This document shows, one piece after another, positions 21,701 through 33,700 of a DNA stretch of 64,000 nucleotides. The DNA is from Cyanophora paradoxa CCMP329. Its lineage: Eukaryota; Plantae; Glaucophyta. Both the position numbers and the translations under genes were made by a program. The stretch spans positions 186,001 to 250,000 of the forward strand of contig QPMI01000502.1 of NCBI GenBank assembly GCA_004431415.1, given 5' to 3'. The stretch's first letter is position 1. Every line of letters begins with the position of its first letter. The notes beneath the pieces were generated by a model. It saw nothing but the letters and a program-made list of their open reading frames with translations, did not search any database and was not told where the DNA came from.

Positions 21701-24404
21701 GTCGCGGGGGCCGAGGCGCTCCCCTTGGCGAGGGCCGGCTTGGCGGGAGAGGCCGGCTGCGAGGCGGGCGAGGCGAGGGCCGGCGCCCCCGCCTTGCCGC
21801 CCTGCGCCGCTGCGCCCGACCCGGCCCGCGCCCGTTGCTCGGCGCGGGCGCGGCGGCGGCTGGGGCCGCCGGCGGCTTTGGAGGGTTGGTGCTGGCCGCC
21901 GCTTTCTTGGGGCAGAAGCGGCGGGGGCGGGGCGGGGGCGGGGGCGGGAGAGGGCGAGGGGACCGGCGGGGCCGAGAGAGCTACGGGGGCGGGGCGGGGG
22001 CGGGGGCGGCGTCGCGCTTGTCGGCCTTGCGGGCCTTGGCGGCGGCGGAGGGGGAGGAGAGGGCGAGGGGCGGGCGAGGGCGCGTCGGCGAGGTGCTGCG
22101 AGGGGGTCGGCGAGGGCGCCCGCGAGCCGTCCGCGATTGGCGCCACGGGGCCCGGCGGCCGCGGCTCCCCGCCCGCGGGCTCCCGTCCCCGGCCCCGACT
22201 CCCAGCGCGGCCCCTCCGGCGGCGGCGGCGGCTCCCCGCGGCCGCCAGGGCCCCGACGGCCGCGGCGGCCGCAGCGGCGGCGGCGGCGGCGGCGGCTGCG
22301 GCCGAGGTCTTCGCGGAGGCCTTGGTGCCAAGGGCGGGCTTCTGGCCCTTGCCGCCCTTCTTCTTCTTGCCGGCGGCGCGGGGCGAGGCGGCGCGGGGCG
22401 AGTCGGCCTCGGCCTCGCCCTCCGAGTCGGGGGCGGCGGAGGGGGCGGAGGGGGCGGCGGCGGCGGCGCCCTCCTTGTCGCGCTCCTCAGAGACGAGGCG
22501 GTCGCCCTCGTACGACGTCCGCCAGCGGGCGCCCCCGCGGCACTCGCGGAACTCCCCGTCCCGCTTCCCCTCGCGCCACGTCCCCTCCATCCAGTCCCCG
22601 CTCGCCTTGGTGAAGCGCCCCTGCCCGTTCCGCTGGTCGTTCGCGTACTCCCCCTCGAAGACCGCCCCCGCGCTCGCCCCCTTGGGCCCGTACCTGCCCC
22701 CGCCCCGTCGGCCCCGGCGGCGGTCTCGGCGGGGGCGGGGCGGGCGGGGGGCGCACTTGTAGCGACCGCGGCCGCACATCTTGCCGTCGACGAACTCGCC
22801 GACGTACTCGGCGCCGTCGGACCACATCTTGCGGCCCTTGCCCACCAGGCGGCCCCGCTGGAACTCCCCCTCGTACACCGTCCCCGAGGCCCAACAGAGC
22901 TTCCCCTTGCCCTGCGCCCGCCTCAGGCGGGGGCCGGCGGGGCGGGCCGGGCGGGGCGGGCGGGCTCGCCTCGAGGGAGCCGTCGCGCCAGCTGCCCTCC
23001 GCCATGTCGCCGTTCTTCCAGGTGTACGTGCCGTACCCGCTGATCACGTCCTTCTCGAAGAAGCCCTCGTACCTGCCGCCGCCCCGCCGCGTCGGCGCCG
23101 CCCCGCGCCAGCGGGGGCGAGGGCGCCGCGCACCGCTCGCCCTCGAACTTGCCGGCGTAGATGCGGACGCCCCAGCCGTGCATGTAGCCGGCCTTGAACT
23201 CGCCCCGGTAGACGCCGCCGTCCGAGAAGGAGAACTCGCCCTTGCCGTCCATGATCCCGTCCTTCCACATCCCGTCGTAGCGCCGCCCGTCCGGCCACGT
23301 CTTCGTCCCTGCCGCCCCGCCCCGCTCGCCCGCCGCGCCGCCCGGAGGGCGCCCCCGCCAGCGCGCCGCACCCTTCCCGTGCATCTTGTCGTTCTTGAAC
23401 TGGCCCTCGTACTTGTGTCCCTCCTTCCACACGCGCGTGCCGAAGCCGTCGAACTTGCCGTTCTTGTGCTCCCCTTCGTAGTAGCCGCCGTCCGCGTAGA
23501 CGTACTTGCCCCAGCCGTGGCACTTCCCGTTCTTGTACTCGCCTGCCGCCGCTCTCTTCGCACGCGAGGCGCCGCACAGGGCAAAAGAAAGGCCGGCGGC
23601 GCGCACCGTCGTACTTGCGCCCGTCGGGCCATGTCCGGACGCCCTTCCCGTGCATCTGGCCGTCCTGCGCTCCGAGCGTCTGGCCACCGCACGGGAAGAA
23701 AGAAAGGAATGCTCTCTTGCAAACCTTCCAGTCGCCGACGTACACGCTCCCATCGGCCTGCTGCGATCGTGAGTTGGCGTCGGGCGGAAGCGGGCGCCGC
23801 TATCGTCGTGCCGACCTTCCACGTGTACGTGCCGAAGCCATCGGGCTGCCCGTTGCGAAAGGAACCGGAGTACGTGTCTCCCCCTTCGCGGCGGGTTGGC
23901 GATGCCGCTCTGACAGGTGCTGGCGGGCGCGCGGAGCCGACTCGATGCGGACCTTCAAAGACCTCGTCGCCCTGACCGTGGAACTTGTCGTTCTTGAATT
24001 CACCGCTGTAGTACCCACCGCTGGCGAACTTGTATGTCCCTGGTGGCCGGGTTAACTCGGAAACGTCGTCGAGCAGTGCCCCCGCGCACCGCGACCCTCG
24101 AACTTCCCGTTGACGAAGTCTCCGGTGTAGCTGCTGCCTGCACGAGTGCTGCCAAGCCCTCCGATCCATGTGCCTGCGGTAGATCGTAACTGCGCTGTCC
24201 AGGCGTGGCGCCATGGCGAAGGGGGAGGCGGGCGGCTGCCATACGATCAAGCAGCCGATGAATACAATTGCACAGCTTACCTTTTCCATGCAGCTTGCCG
24301 TCGCGGAAGTCGCCGGTCTCGATGCTGCCGTCGGCCAGCGTCCGCGAGCCCCCCGGCGGCGCGGCGGCCGCCGCCGCTTTCTGGGTGGCGAGCTGCTTGC
24401 TCAT
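18796..24404 (-). CDS. MORN-repeat protein with long low-complexity linker and C-terminal TKL-like pseudokinase domain (multi-exon)
   Basis: Many YxGxW/Fxxxxx(H)GxG repeats from 24404 to about 22490 (e.g. YEGQFKNDKMHGKG, YDGMWKDGIMDGKG). Kinase fold at about 19300-19920 (AVAEGACSAVFRA, VAVKR, RHPRVVELIGVC, LVMEYMPCGEL, DAAEGL). A single gene is inferred from the stop-free frame 18796-22878 and the lack of intergenic-like sequence. Confidence 0.75.
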
Positions 24405-24680
24405 CGGCGACCTGCGGCAGGCGGCATGCGGCGAGACGGATGCCAGCCGATGGCGCAGTACCCCTCCCCTCTCTTAAAATCCGCACTATCGCGCAGCTGC
24501 AGCGCAAGACCGGTGTGTAGTTCGATTATTCGCACGGGCACGGGCAAGAAAGGCACACGGGCTCCGACGCGCTGCAGCGGGATCAAATTTGACCTCGAGC
24601 TCGGATCAAATGTGGAGCTCGAGCCGGCAGGCAGTGCCGCAGCTGCGGCATGCGCAGGCGACACTCAAATCTAATCGGAT

Positions 24681-26299
24681 CTAGAAGTACGCTGGCTCCT
24701 TCCCGGGGGTCCACTTGATGTTGCAGCTGGGCGACGAGGGCCGGGAGCGTCAGACGTATGCATTGGTTCGGGGGGCGAGCTGCAAGCGGCGGGGCGGGGC
24801 GGACCCGATGGAGGGCCGCTGCTGCTCCTCGGGGATGGAGCGCCCGGCGAGCACGGCGTCCATCGCCTCCTTCAGGCTCTCCCCCGTCACCGGCGTCTCT
24901 GCCCCCGCCCCCTCGTCAGCACGTGCAGCGCCGCCGAGGCGCGCATCCCGGCCCCGGGGCTGGCGCCGGGGTGCTGCGGCTCACCGGTCGAGGGCCGGGC
25001 GCCGTCGAACTGGCCGCGGTACGAGAGCGAGCCCTTCCCGTCGAACTGCCGCCGGGGCTCGCGGGGCGGGCGGGGGGCGGGTGGGGGCGGGGCGGGGCTG
25101 GGGCGGGGCACAAGGTAGAAGTCGGGGGTGCAGGCCGCCATGTACGCCTTAGCGACCTCCTGCGTCTCGTCGAACTGCCCGCCCCGCCCCCGTCGGCCCC
25201 GCCCGGTGCACGGGGGCCGCTGGCGGGTCGGCCGCGGGCCGGGGCGCACGAGATAGGGCCAGGTGAAGCCGGCGCGCGCCGCCTCCTCCTTCATGGGGCC
25301 CGGGCCGTCCTGCCCCGCCGCGCCCCCGGCCCCCTCAGCGGGCCCGGGCGAGCGGGCGGCTACGCTTGGAGGCGGGCGGGCCTGCGGGTGCGTCTCGAGG
25401 GAGTTGGAGTTGATGAAGACGACGGCGATGCCCTTCTTCTGGTACTCCCCGCACACCTGCCCGCCCCCGCCGCCGCTCGCCCCCGGCCGGGGGTACGGGG
25501 TGCGGGGGGGGGGGAGGGCGCCTCGTAGAGCTTGTCGCGGATGTGGACGACGAAGGGGCAGTGGTTGCAGAGGAAGATCACCTGCCCGCCGCGCTCGCCC
25601 GGGGCGCGGCGGGGCGGGGCGGGGCGGGGCGGGAGGGCTGACCAGGAGGCCCTTGGCGTCCTGCCCGGCGACCCGCCCCGCCGCCAGCTCCTCCGCGCTG
25701 CGCCGCCCGTCGCCCCGCCCCGCGCTCCGAGAGCAGGCGCGGCCGGCCCGGCCCCGCCAACCTGACGGAGACCTTGGCGCCGCTTGTCGCGTCCGTGAGC
25801 GTGAACGGGATGAGCTTGGTGCCAACCGAGAGCATGGTCGACTCCTGCGGCGGCCTGAGACGCGGCGTCGCGAGGGCGCCGGCGCGGGGCGCGCTGCGGC
25901 GCGCGCGCCTTCCGGACGGCCTTCGTCGGCACGACCTCGAGGCCGAAGCCGGGCCGCTTGGGCGCGCACGCAGCATCAAACAGCCGCTCGCTTGCATTCT
26001 CGGGCACAACGAAGCTCCGAAGCACGCGGGAAGTCGGCAGCTGCGCGCGCGCGCAGTCAGCTCGCGCGCGAGGCGGGCGGCGAGTCCGGCGAAGACGAAC
26101 GCACCCGCTTGGAGCTGGCTAGACCGACCCAGTCGTGGAACGCGACCTGAGCGTAGCGCGCTATCAGCCCCAGAGGGGCGCCCGACGCCGTTTCCGCGCG
26201 CGCGAGGCTCACCGCGCGCGGCGCCGTCGAGAAGGACGTCGACGTCGCCGGCTGAGCGACGGCGGTGGCTGGGGCCGGGAACGCGAACGCGCTCATCAT
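24681..26299 (-). CDS. Thioredoxin-fold peroxiredoxin-like (AhpC/TSA, PRX_like1-type) protein with putative plastid transit peptide
   Basis: Spliced: VIFLCNHCPFVVHI...VVFINSNSLETHPQDGP...[29 protein letters not shown]...YRGQFDGARP...PSIGCNIKW, stop at 24681. Ser/Ala/Thr-rich N-terminus MMSAFAFPAPATAVAQPATSTSFSTAPR. Confidence 0.9.
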
Positions 26300-26682
26300 G
26301 TTGCTGCAGTGTGGCTAAGCCAAGCAAGCCAGGAGAAAGTGCGGCTTGAGCTTGAGCTTGAGCTTCAGACTTCACCGAGGCGCGGCGGGCGAAGCCCCTC
26401 ACGAGCGCCCCGCCTGGGCTAGCGGTGCGCCAGCCGGGCCCCGGGGCGCGCATGCGAGCCCTGCGACCTGTTCATGATTATAAGCCTGAGCAGAGCTCAG
26501 AAGCTAATGCTGGCGGGCGCATGGGAAGCCCCGCGTCAACGAATTTCGAATTCGACGCCGACATGATCGATCGAATTCGAACTGTTACGGATCCATCGAT
26601 ACTCCTACGTTATGGCTACTATACTATATAGCTATATATATATACTCGATCTCGACTCGGCGATAAACATAAAGAGCTGTGA

Positions 26683-26990
26683 TTGCATGATTATTGGGGA
26701 AGGGTAAAACACTTCCCCTGTCCCTGTCCCTCGGGCCCAACCCTACCCCAAATCCCATTTCCCCGACCTCCGCAAAACCCGGGCCGCGCGGTATATCCTG
26801 AAAGCACATCTCAAGGGGACTCCGAAACCATGTCTCCCGGTCCCGTCCGACCAAAGGGTGATCCAGGAACAGGCACCAACACCCGGGACAAAAATGGGTC
26901 CAGCGACGCACAGGGAGCAGATATACGGGCCAGACCAGCTCGAGGTCGTTGCGCGCATCATGTCCGACATTCCGTTCTGCAAGAGCGAGG
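26683..26990 (+). mobile_element. Diverged copy of the terminal segment of the Helitron-like element at ~6900-7200 (opposite orientation)
   Basis: Colinear with the reverse complement of 6900-7200: attggggaagg..cttcccc hairpin, cccgacctcc..aaaacccggg, tcccgtc, ccaggaa..ggca..aacac. Confidence 0.6.
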
Positions 26991-27384
26991 CCGGGCGCGA
27001 GCGCGGTCGCGTGGGAGGACGCCGCGCGCGCTAGCCAATCACATTGGAGAGTCCGTTAACTTACCCTGCGAAACCTCTTAAGGTACCCCCCGGCCGCTTT
27101 CTCCCCCGGGCGCCGCAGCTCGGCTCGTCTCAACAATGGTTACGCCTCTCGCGCGCGCGGCAGTTTGCTGTGGCTCACGCACGCTTCCCCCCTCCCTCCC
27201 TCCCGCGCGCCCATGGCCAGCTGCAGCGCTTCCTCTTCAGCTCGGCGCGCGCGCGCCGGCCGCGGCTTCAACTGTCACGCCTCTCGTGCGCCAACGAGGC
27301 GATTGAGGCGCTTCACCCGCGCCAACCGCGCACGCCCCGACGCATAGGTTGCCGAAACCTTCTCCTGTGCAATCTGGTGCAATC

Positions 27385-27560
27385 TGTGTCGACCTGTGTC
27401 GACCTGTGTCCACCTGTGCCCACCCATGTAAACCTGTGCCTACCCGTGTCCACCTGTGCCTACCCATGTTCCCTGTGTTTACCCATGCAAACCGGCGTTT
27501 ATCCATGTAGACCTGTGTTTAACCGTGCAACCCTGTGTGTTCTGTGCAACCCTGTGTTTT
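27385..27560. repeat. 10-bp-period degenerate minisatellite (acctgtgtcc / acccatgttt type)
   Basis: Repeated cctgtg/ccatgt cores at about 10-bp spacing. Confidence 0.85.
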
Positions 27561-27789
27561 ACGGATATTAATATTCTGCATGAAAAATCAAAATTATTAT
27601 TATAATTAAAGTTAACTCAAAATTATCTCAACTTCGAGAAATCAAATTAGTCGGGGCCGGCCGTGGCCGGCCGCGGCCTGGACCAGGCCAGGGCGCCGGC
27701 GCCGGCCCCGGTCCGAGGGCACCCTGCATATGGGGATGCGCATGCGCAGGCTTCGAAAGCCCGGGCAGGGCCGCTGCTCTCCGAAGCTC

Positions 27790-30700
27790 CCACCACTACT
27801 TATATGCAGAAAGCAGTCATACAGAAAACGCATTGCCAGCAAAAAATGCATGTGCGCGAAGGCAGCGCAGCCCTATCAATAGCTAGCATTGAGAAAACGA
27901 GTTGCAGCTGCTGCCCCCTACCTCTGAGCCATACTCCCGAAAACAGCGAGCTCCTGACCCGCTGCCCTGCTAGCAGGACAATCGCTGGTCGCTGCGAGCA
28001 CGCGAGTGTCAAAAACGAGCTGTGCGCCTCGGCAAGTAGAGGGAGCAGCGCTAGCAGACCGGCTCAGACGTAAAGTGATGCAACCCGCACAAGGTCATGC
28101 GGCACCTCGCGGCGCTCGTTGCGCTGTGCGCGTCGCGGTCAGCGAACGCTCGAACAGAAAGAGACAAGGTTGGCATGCGCGCGCGCGGCTGTGCACCTCG
28201 GCAAAGAGAAGTGGCAGAAGAACGGATCCGGAGTGACAGCGGCACCATCCCCGCCCGTAGCCGAGGGCGAGGACGAGGCGCTCGCTGCGCTCGGAGCGTC
28301 AAGCGAAAGAGGAGAAGAACGCGCGCCTGCGAAAAGACCGCACCCGTCCGAGCTCCCGCAGCAAGAAGTGCGAGATGCTGGCCGCGCGTGAACGGCACCC
28401 GCTGCGCTGCGCGCGTCCCCGGTGTCAGAACAAGATCAAGGCGAGAGTAGCGGAAACAAGAACGAGCACCTAGCCTGCGGGAGAAGGAGCCAGGCGAGCT
28501 GCGAGTGTTGGAAGAGACAGGACCCGGAACCGGGCGAAGCGCGCCGTGTTAGCGAGGCTCGTGCGTTAGCATCGTCCGCGAGGTTTCTTGACCAGCGGGA
28601 CCGCTTCCCGCCCGGCCGCCAAGAGTGCCAGCGAGCAAGTCGCGGCCGCCACTTGGCCGTGCTCGCGGGGCTCGGTCGTGCGTGTTCCCTGACATGCAAG
28701 CGGGATGAGCGATCGAAGGAAACAGACGGAAACCAGAAACACCTTGCTTCGCATCGGCAGGGGCCTCGCCTTTCTGCGCGGGCCTGTCAAAGCAACATAA
28801 GCTGACCGGCGGCGGCCGGGCAACGAGTAGAGATTAAGGGCGGAAGGAGGTCGAAAACGACGCGTTCGAGAGCGTTCGCGGCCGCGGCCGAACCCAGCAG
28901 CAGGGGCAGCGACAGTCTGCGTTTGAAATCAGACCCAGCACGAGCCGGGCGAGAGCCTCAAGGCGCAAGAGGTGCATCGTTCTCTCTCAAAGTGGCCGCG
29001 TTCGCTGCGGCAACAGCACCGCTGCTCGGCCTGTTCGCAGAGTCAGGGAGTCCGGCTGCGCGGCGAAGCCCAGAACCGACGCACCGAGCCGCCGTGCTGC
29101 CAGGAGTTGCAACTATCTGGCAAGGCCGTCTGCCGCCGCGAGGGCCAGCCGACGCAGTCACCGCGGCCGGTCGCCGGTCGGCAAGTTGGGACCCGGGGTA
29201 CGACAACGAATTCCCTTGGAGACCGGCCTAGGCCTAGGCCTAGGTCTGGTCATGTGCGTTCCTCGCTTCGATCCGCCTTCCAATGCATCGAACCCTCTCT
29301 ATAAGGAGCAGTTCATGACGTGGCACGCATTGCTGGTGCTCGTGCAGCTTAATGAGTCACAGCCCCCCCCTTGGCAAAAAAAGGTGCTAGCGCCTAATGG
29401 CTTTAGATCTAAACTCGGATTGTTTCAAAATCAGAGAGAGGACCCTCGAAAGCTTTGACGACTTCATTTTGACGGTAATCAGCAATTCCAGGAATGACTT
29501 CTTTCAGTACTGAAGAGAAGATGAGCTGTTCATCAAGTCACCAGACTGTGCTCATGATGTGCTCAGTGAGACACATGAAGGTGCACCGACGTTCCGGGAA
29601 TCGGCAGACCGGACAAAAAATTTATTCCTGTAATCTGGAAGTTAAGGGCTTTCTAAAGAGGTATTTAGCGTGTCTTGAGTCGATGCTGGCAACCCGTGAG
29701 AGCATTGCATGTTTCAACCATGGCCCCTGCATGATCTCAGCGAAAACTCGTATTGGGCCTTCCGAAAGCGGCTTTAAATCACTCATATAATCAATACCTT
29801 ACTTCAGGAGTGCTTGAGATCATATGGATGCGCTTCTGCAGAGACTGATTTGGTCATTTTCACTTTTTTGCCCCCCCTTGATTTCAGCCACAAGAGAGTG
29901 CGTTCAGAGGGTCAAGAGTCACAGCTTAGTGCTGAAACAATTACTATGTGCCTAAATACAACCAAACGAAGCATTCGCTTCACTGTTCGCACATGTAGCA
30001 GCCCGAAATGCATTTTTCAAGGAAATTCGACGATAATGGCCGTCATTCCTTCCCCCCCCCTTTTTTTTACGGACGATACCCAGCGGTGCCAGCTGCAGCT
30101 GCTGCGCTTGCGCCCTTGGCCTCAAGTTCGCTCGGCTGGCTGCAGTGCAGAGTCTGCAGCTCCTCAGCTTCCCACTCCAGCTCCCTTCGTGCTCGGGCCA
30201 GATGCGCGTCGCACCTCGCAGACTTGGCGGCCGCTCGTGGCACGCAGCGCGCGGCTATTTCGCCAGCCAGAGGGTGTTGCCGCAGGACTGGCCTCCGCCT
30301 TGACTGCATCCGCGCGCCCCGCGCGCTGACTTGCTTGTTCCCAACCGCCCGTACTCGCCGTGCTCGCCAAGTTCCTCGCCTACCTGTCCGGTTACTCGCC
30401 GTACGTCTCACTCACGCCCGCAGATCGCCGTCTCTGACCCGCGGCCTGTTAGGAGCGTTCAACGCGTCGACGGTTGGGCGGCACGCTGGCCGCCGCTGAC
30501 TTCGAGCTCTCGCACGCTTCCATGCGCGAAGCGTTCCTCTAAGATGGGCCCGGCCCGCAGTGCATGTGGGTCTGGACTCGCCGGGCGCTGCGTGCGCGCG
30601 GAACGACGCCGAACTCCCGATTGGCGGTTGTCTCGGGTGCGCCTCCCAAGCATAGCTTGGGGCCAGCGGCGCGCGAATGCATAGCTGACGATGCGCAGGA

Positions 30701-33700
30701 CGTAACCCGGCGCGGCCTTCGGCGGCGCGGCTCGCCGCACGGGGCAGCAGCGGACGGCGGCGGCACGGCTCGCGGGACGGGGCGGCGGCGCGGCGGGCGG
30801 CGGCGCGGCTCGCGGGACGGAGCGGCGGCGCAGCGGGCAGCGGGGCGGCTCGCGGAACGGGCGGCGGCCGGCAAGCCGCGTCGCCGCCCGCTGCGCCGCC
30901 GTCCCAGCGAGCCGCCCCGCCGCCCGCCGCCGACACCCGCCGCGAAAGGAGTCCCGCACCCGGGCGGGGCGGGGCGGAGCTGCGTGGCTTGGCCGGGCCG
31001 GGGCGCCGGCCGGGCGCCGGCGCAGGGGGCGCCGGTGCGGCTTGCTGTACGGGGCGGAGGCCCGGCGGGCGGCGGCGCGGCTCGCTGGACGGGGCAGGGG
31101 CGCCGCAGTCGGCTCGCTGTACGGGGCGGAGGCGCGGCGGGCGGCGGCGCGGCTCGCCGGACGGGGCGGAGTGCAGGCTCGGCATGTTGCGGCGTGGCTC
31201 GCGCCTTGCCGGGGCGGGGTGGAGTCTCGGCATTTGGCAGCAAGATAGGGCTAAGGCGGAACGCCGGCGGCCGCGGGCGGCGGCGGAGTGTGCCCATTCT
31301 TCATACCCCGTGGCGGCGGAGCGTGCCCATTCTTCATACGTGCCTTTAATTTATGTATATAGCTAGATCTTGCTCAAGCTTGTTTGTTAGTTCGGCAGCG
31401 AATTCGAAGCAACAAGCATGTACATGGGCTGAGCTAAAAGAGAGCTTGGAAAATTCCCCCTGGCATGCAAAACTAGCTTTAGCTAAAACAAGCTGCCCAT
31501 GGCATACAACGTTAACAATAGCTGCATTGGAGCTGTGCGGAGAGAGCAACGCCGCTGCCTGCCACGCCGCAGCTCCGTCCCGCGAGCCGCGCCACTGCCG
31601 ACCACGCTGCAACGCCGTCCAGCACGCGTCCGCCCCGACTGGGCGAGCCGTGCCGCCGCCCGCCGCGCCTCCGGCGCATCCCGCGAGCCGGCCCGCCGCC
31701 GTCTGCTGCTGCCCGGCCTTGCAGTACGCCTCGTTCCCGTTCCCTCGTTCGAGCCGCGCCGCCGCCCGGAGGGGGTCTGCCCGCCGCGCCTCCGCCCCGC
31801 CCTCAGAGCCGCACCGCCGCCCGCCGCGCCTCTACTCCGCCCTCCGCCGCCGCCCGCCGCGTCCTGGCAAGCCGCGCCGCCGCCTGCCGCCGCCCGCGGC
31901 GCCGCCGCGGCGCCCCTGCCCCGTCCAGCGAGCCGCGCCGCCGCCCGCCGGGCCTCCGCCCCGTACAGCGAGCCGCACCGGCGCCCCCTGCGCCGGCGCC
32001 CGGCCGGCGCCCCGGCCCGGCCAAGCCACGCAGCTCCGCCCCGCCCCGCCCGGGTGCGGGACTCCTTTCGCGGCGGGTGTCGGCGGCGGGCGGCGGGGCG
32101 GCTCGCTGGGGCGGCGGCGCAGCGGGCGGCGACGCGGCTTGCCGGCCGCCGTCCCGTTCCGCGAGCCGCCCAGCTGCCCGCTGCGCCGCCGCTCCGTCCC
32201 GCGAGCCGCGCCGCCGCCCGCCGCGCCGCCGCCCCGTCCCGCGAGCCGTGCCGCCGCCGTCCGCTGCTGCCCCGTGCGGCGAGCCGCGCCGCCGAAGGCC
32301 GCGCCGGGTTACGTCCTGCGCATCGTCAGCTATGCATTCGCGCGCCGCTGGCCCCAAGCTATGCTTGGGAGGCGCACCCGAGACGACCGCCAATCGGGAG
32401 TTCGGCGTCGTTCCGCGCGCACGCAGCGCCCGGCGAGTCCAGACCCACATGCACTGCGGGCCGGGCCCATCTTAGAGGAACGCTTCGCGCACGGAAGCGT
32501 GCGAGAGCTCGAAGTCAGCGGCGGCCAGCGTGCCGCCCAACCGTCGACGCGTTGAACGCTCCTAACAGGCCGCGGGTCAGAGACGGCGATCTGCGGACGT
32601 GAGTGAGACGTACGGCGAGTAACCGGACAGGTAGGCGAGGAACTTGGCGAGCACGGCGAGTACGGGCGGTTGGGAACAAGCAAGTCAGCGCGCGGGGCGC
32701 GCGGATGCAGTCAAGGCGGAGGCCAGTCCTGCGGCAACACCCTCTGGCTGGCGAAATAGCCGCGCGCTGCGTGCCACGAGCGGCCGCCAAGTCTGCGAGG
32801 TGCGACGCGCATCTGGCCCGAGCACGAAGGGAGCTGGAGTGGGAAGCTGAGGAGCTGCAGACTCTGCACTGCAGCCAGCCGAGCGAACTTGAGGCCAAGG
32901 GCGCAAGCGCAGCAGCTGCAGCTGGCACCGCTGGGTATCGTCCGTAAAAAAAAGGGGGGGGGAAGGAATGACGGCCATTATCGTCGAATTTCCTTGAAAA
33001 ATGCATTTCGGGCTGCTACATGTGCGAACAGTGAAGCGAATGCTTCGTTTGGTTGTATTTAGGCACATAGTAATTGTTTCAGCACTAAGCTGTGACTCTT
33101 GACCCTCTGAACGCACTCTCTTGTGGCTGAAATCAAGGGGGGGCAGAAAAGTGAAAATGACCAAATTAGTCTCTGCAGAAGCGCATCCATATTATCTCAA
33201 GCACTCCTGAAGTAAGGTATTGATTATAAGAGTGATTTGAAGCCGCTTTCGGAAGGCCCAATACGAGTTTTCGCTGAGATCATGCAGGGGCCATGGTTGA
33301 AACATGCAATGCTCTCACGGGTTGCCAGCATCGACTCAAGACACGCTAAATACCTCTTTAGAAAGCCCTTAACTTCCAGATTACAGGAATAAATTTTTTG
33401 TCCGGTCTGCCGATTCCCGGAACGTCGGTGCACCTTCATGTGTCTCACTGAGCACATCATGAGCACAGTCTGGTGACTTGATGAACAGCTCATCTTCTCT
33501 TCAGTACTGAAAGAAGTCATTCCTGGAATTGCTGATTACCGTCAAAATGAAGTCGTCAAAGCTTTCGAGGGTCCTCTCTCTGATTTTGAAACAATCCGAG
33601 TTTAGATCTAAAGCCATTAGGCGTTAGCACCTTTTTTTGCCAAGGGGGGGGCCTGTGACTCATTAAGCTGCACGAGCACCAGCAATGCGTGCCACGTCAT

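Noticed and set aside
29186-30329. ORFs in the palindrome arms as real genes
   Set aside because: They are short, have no recognisable motifs and are interrupted by stops; their conservation between arms only reflects the DNA duplication.
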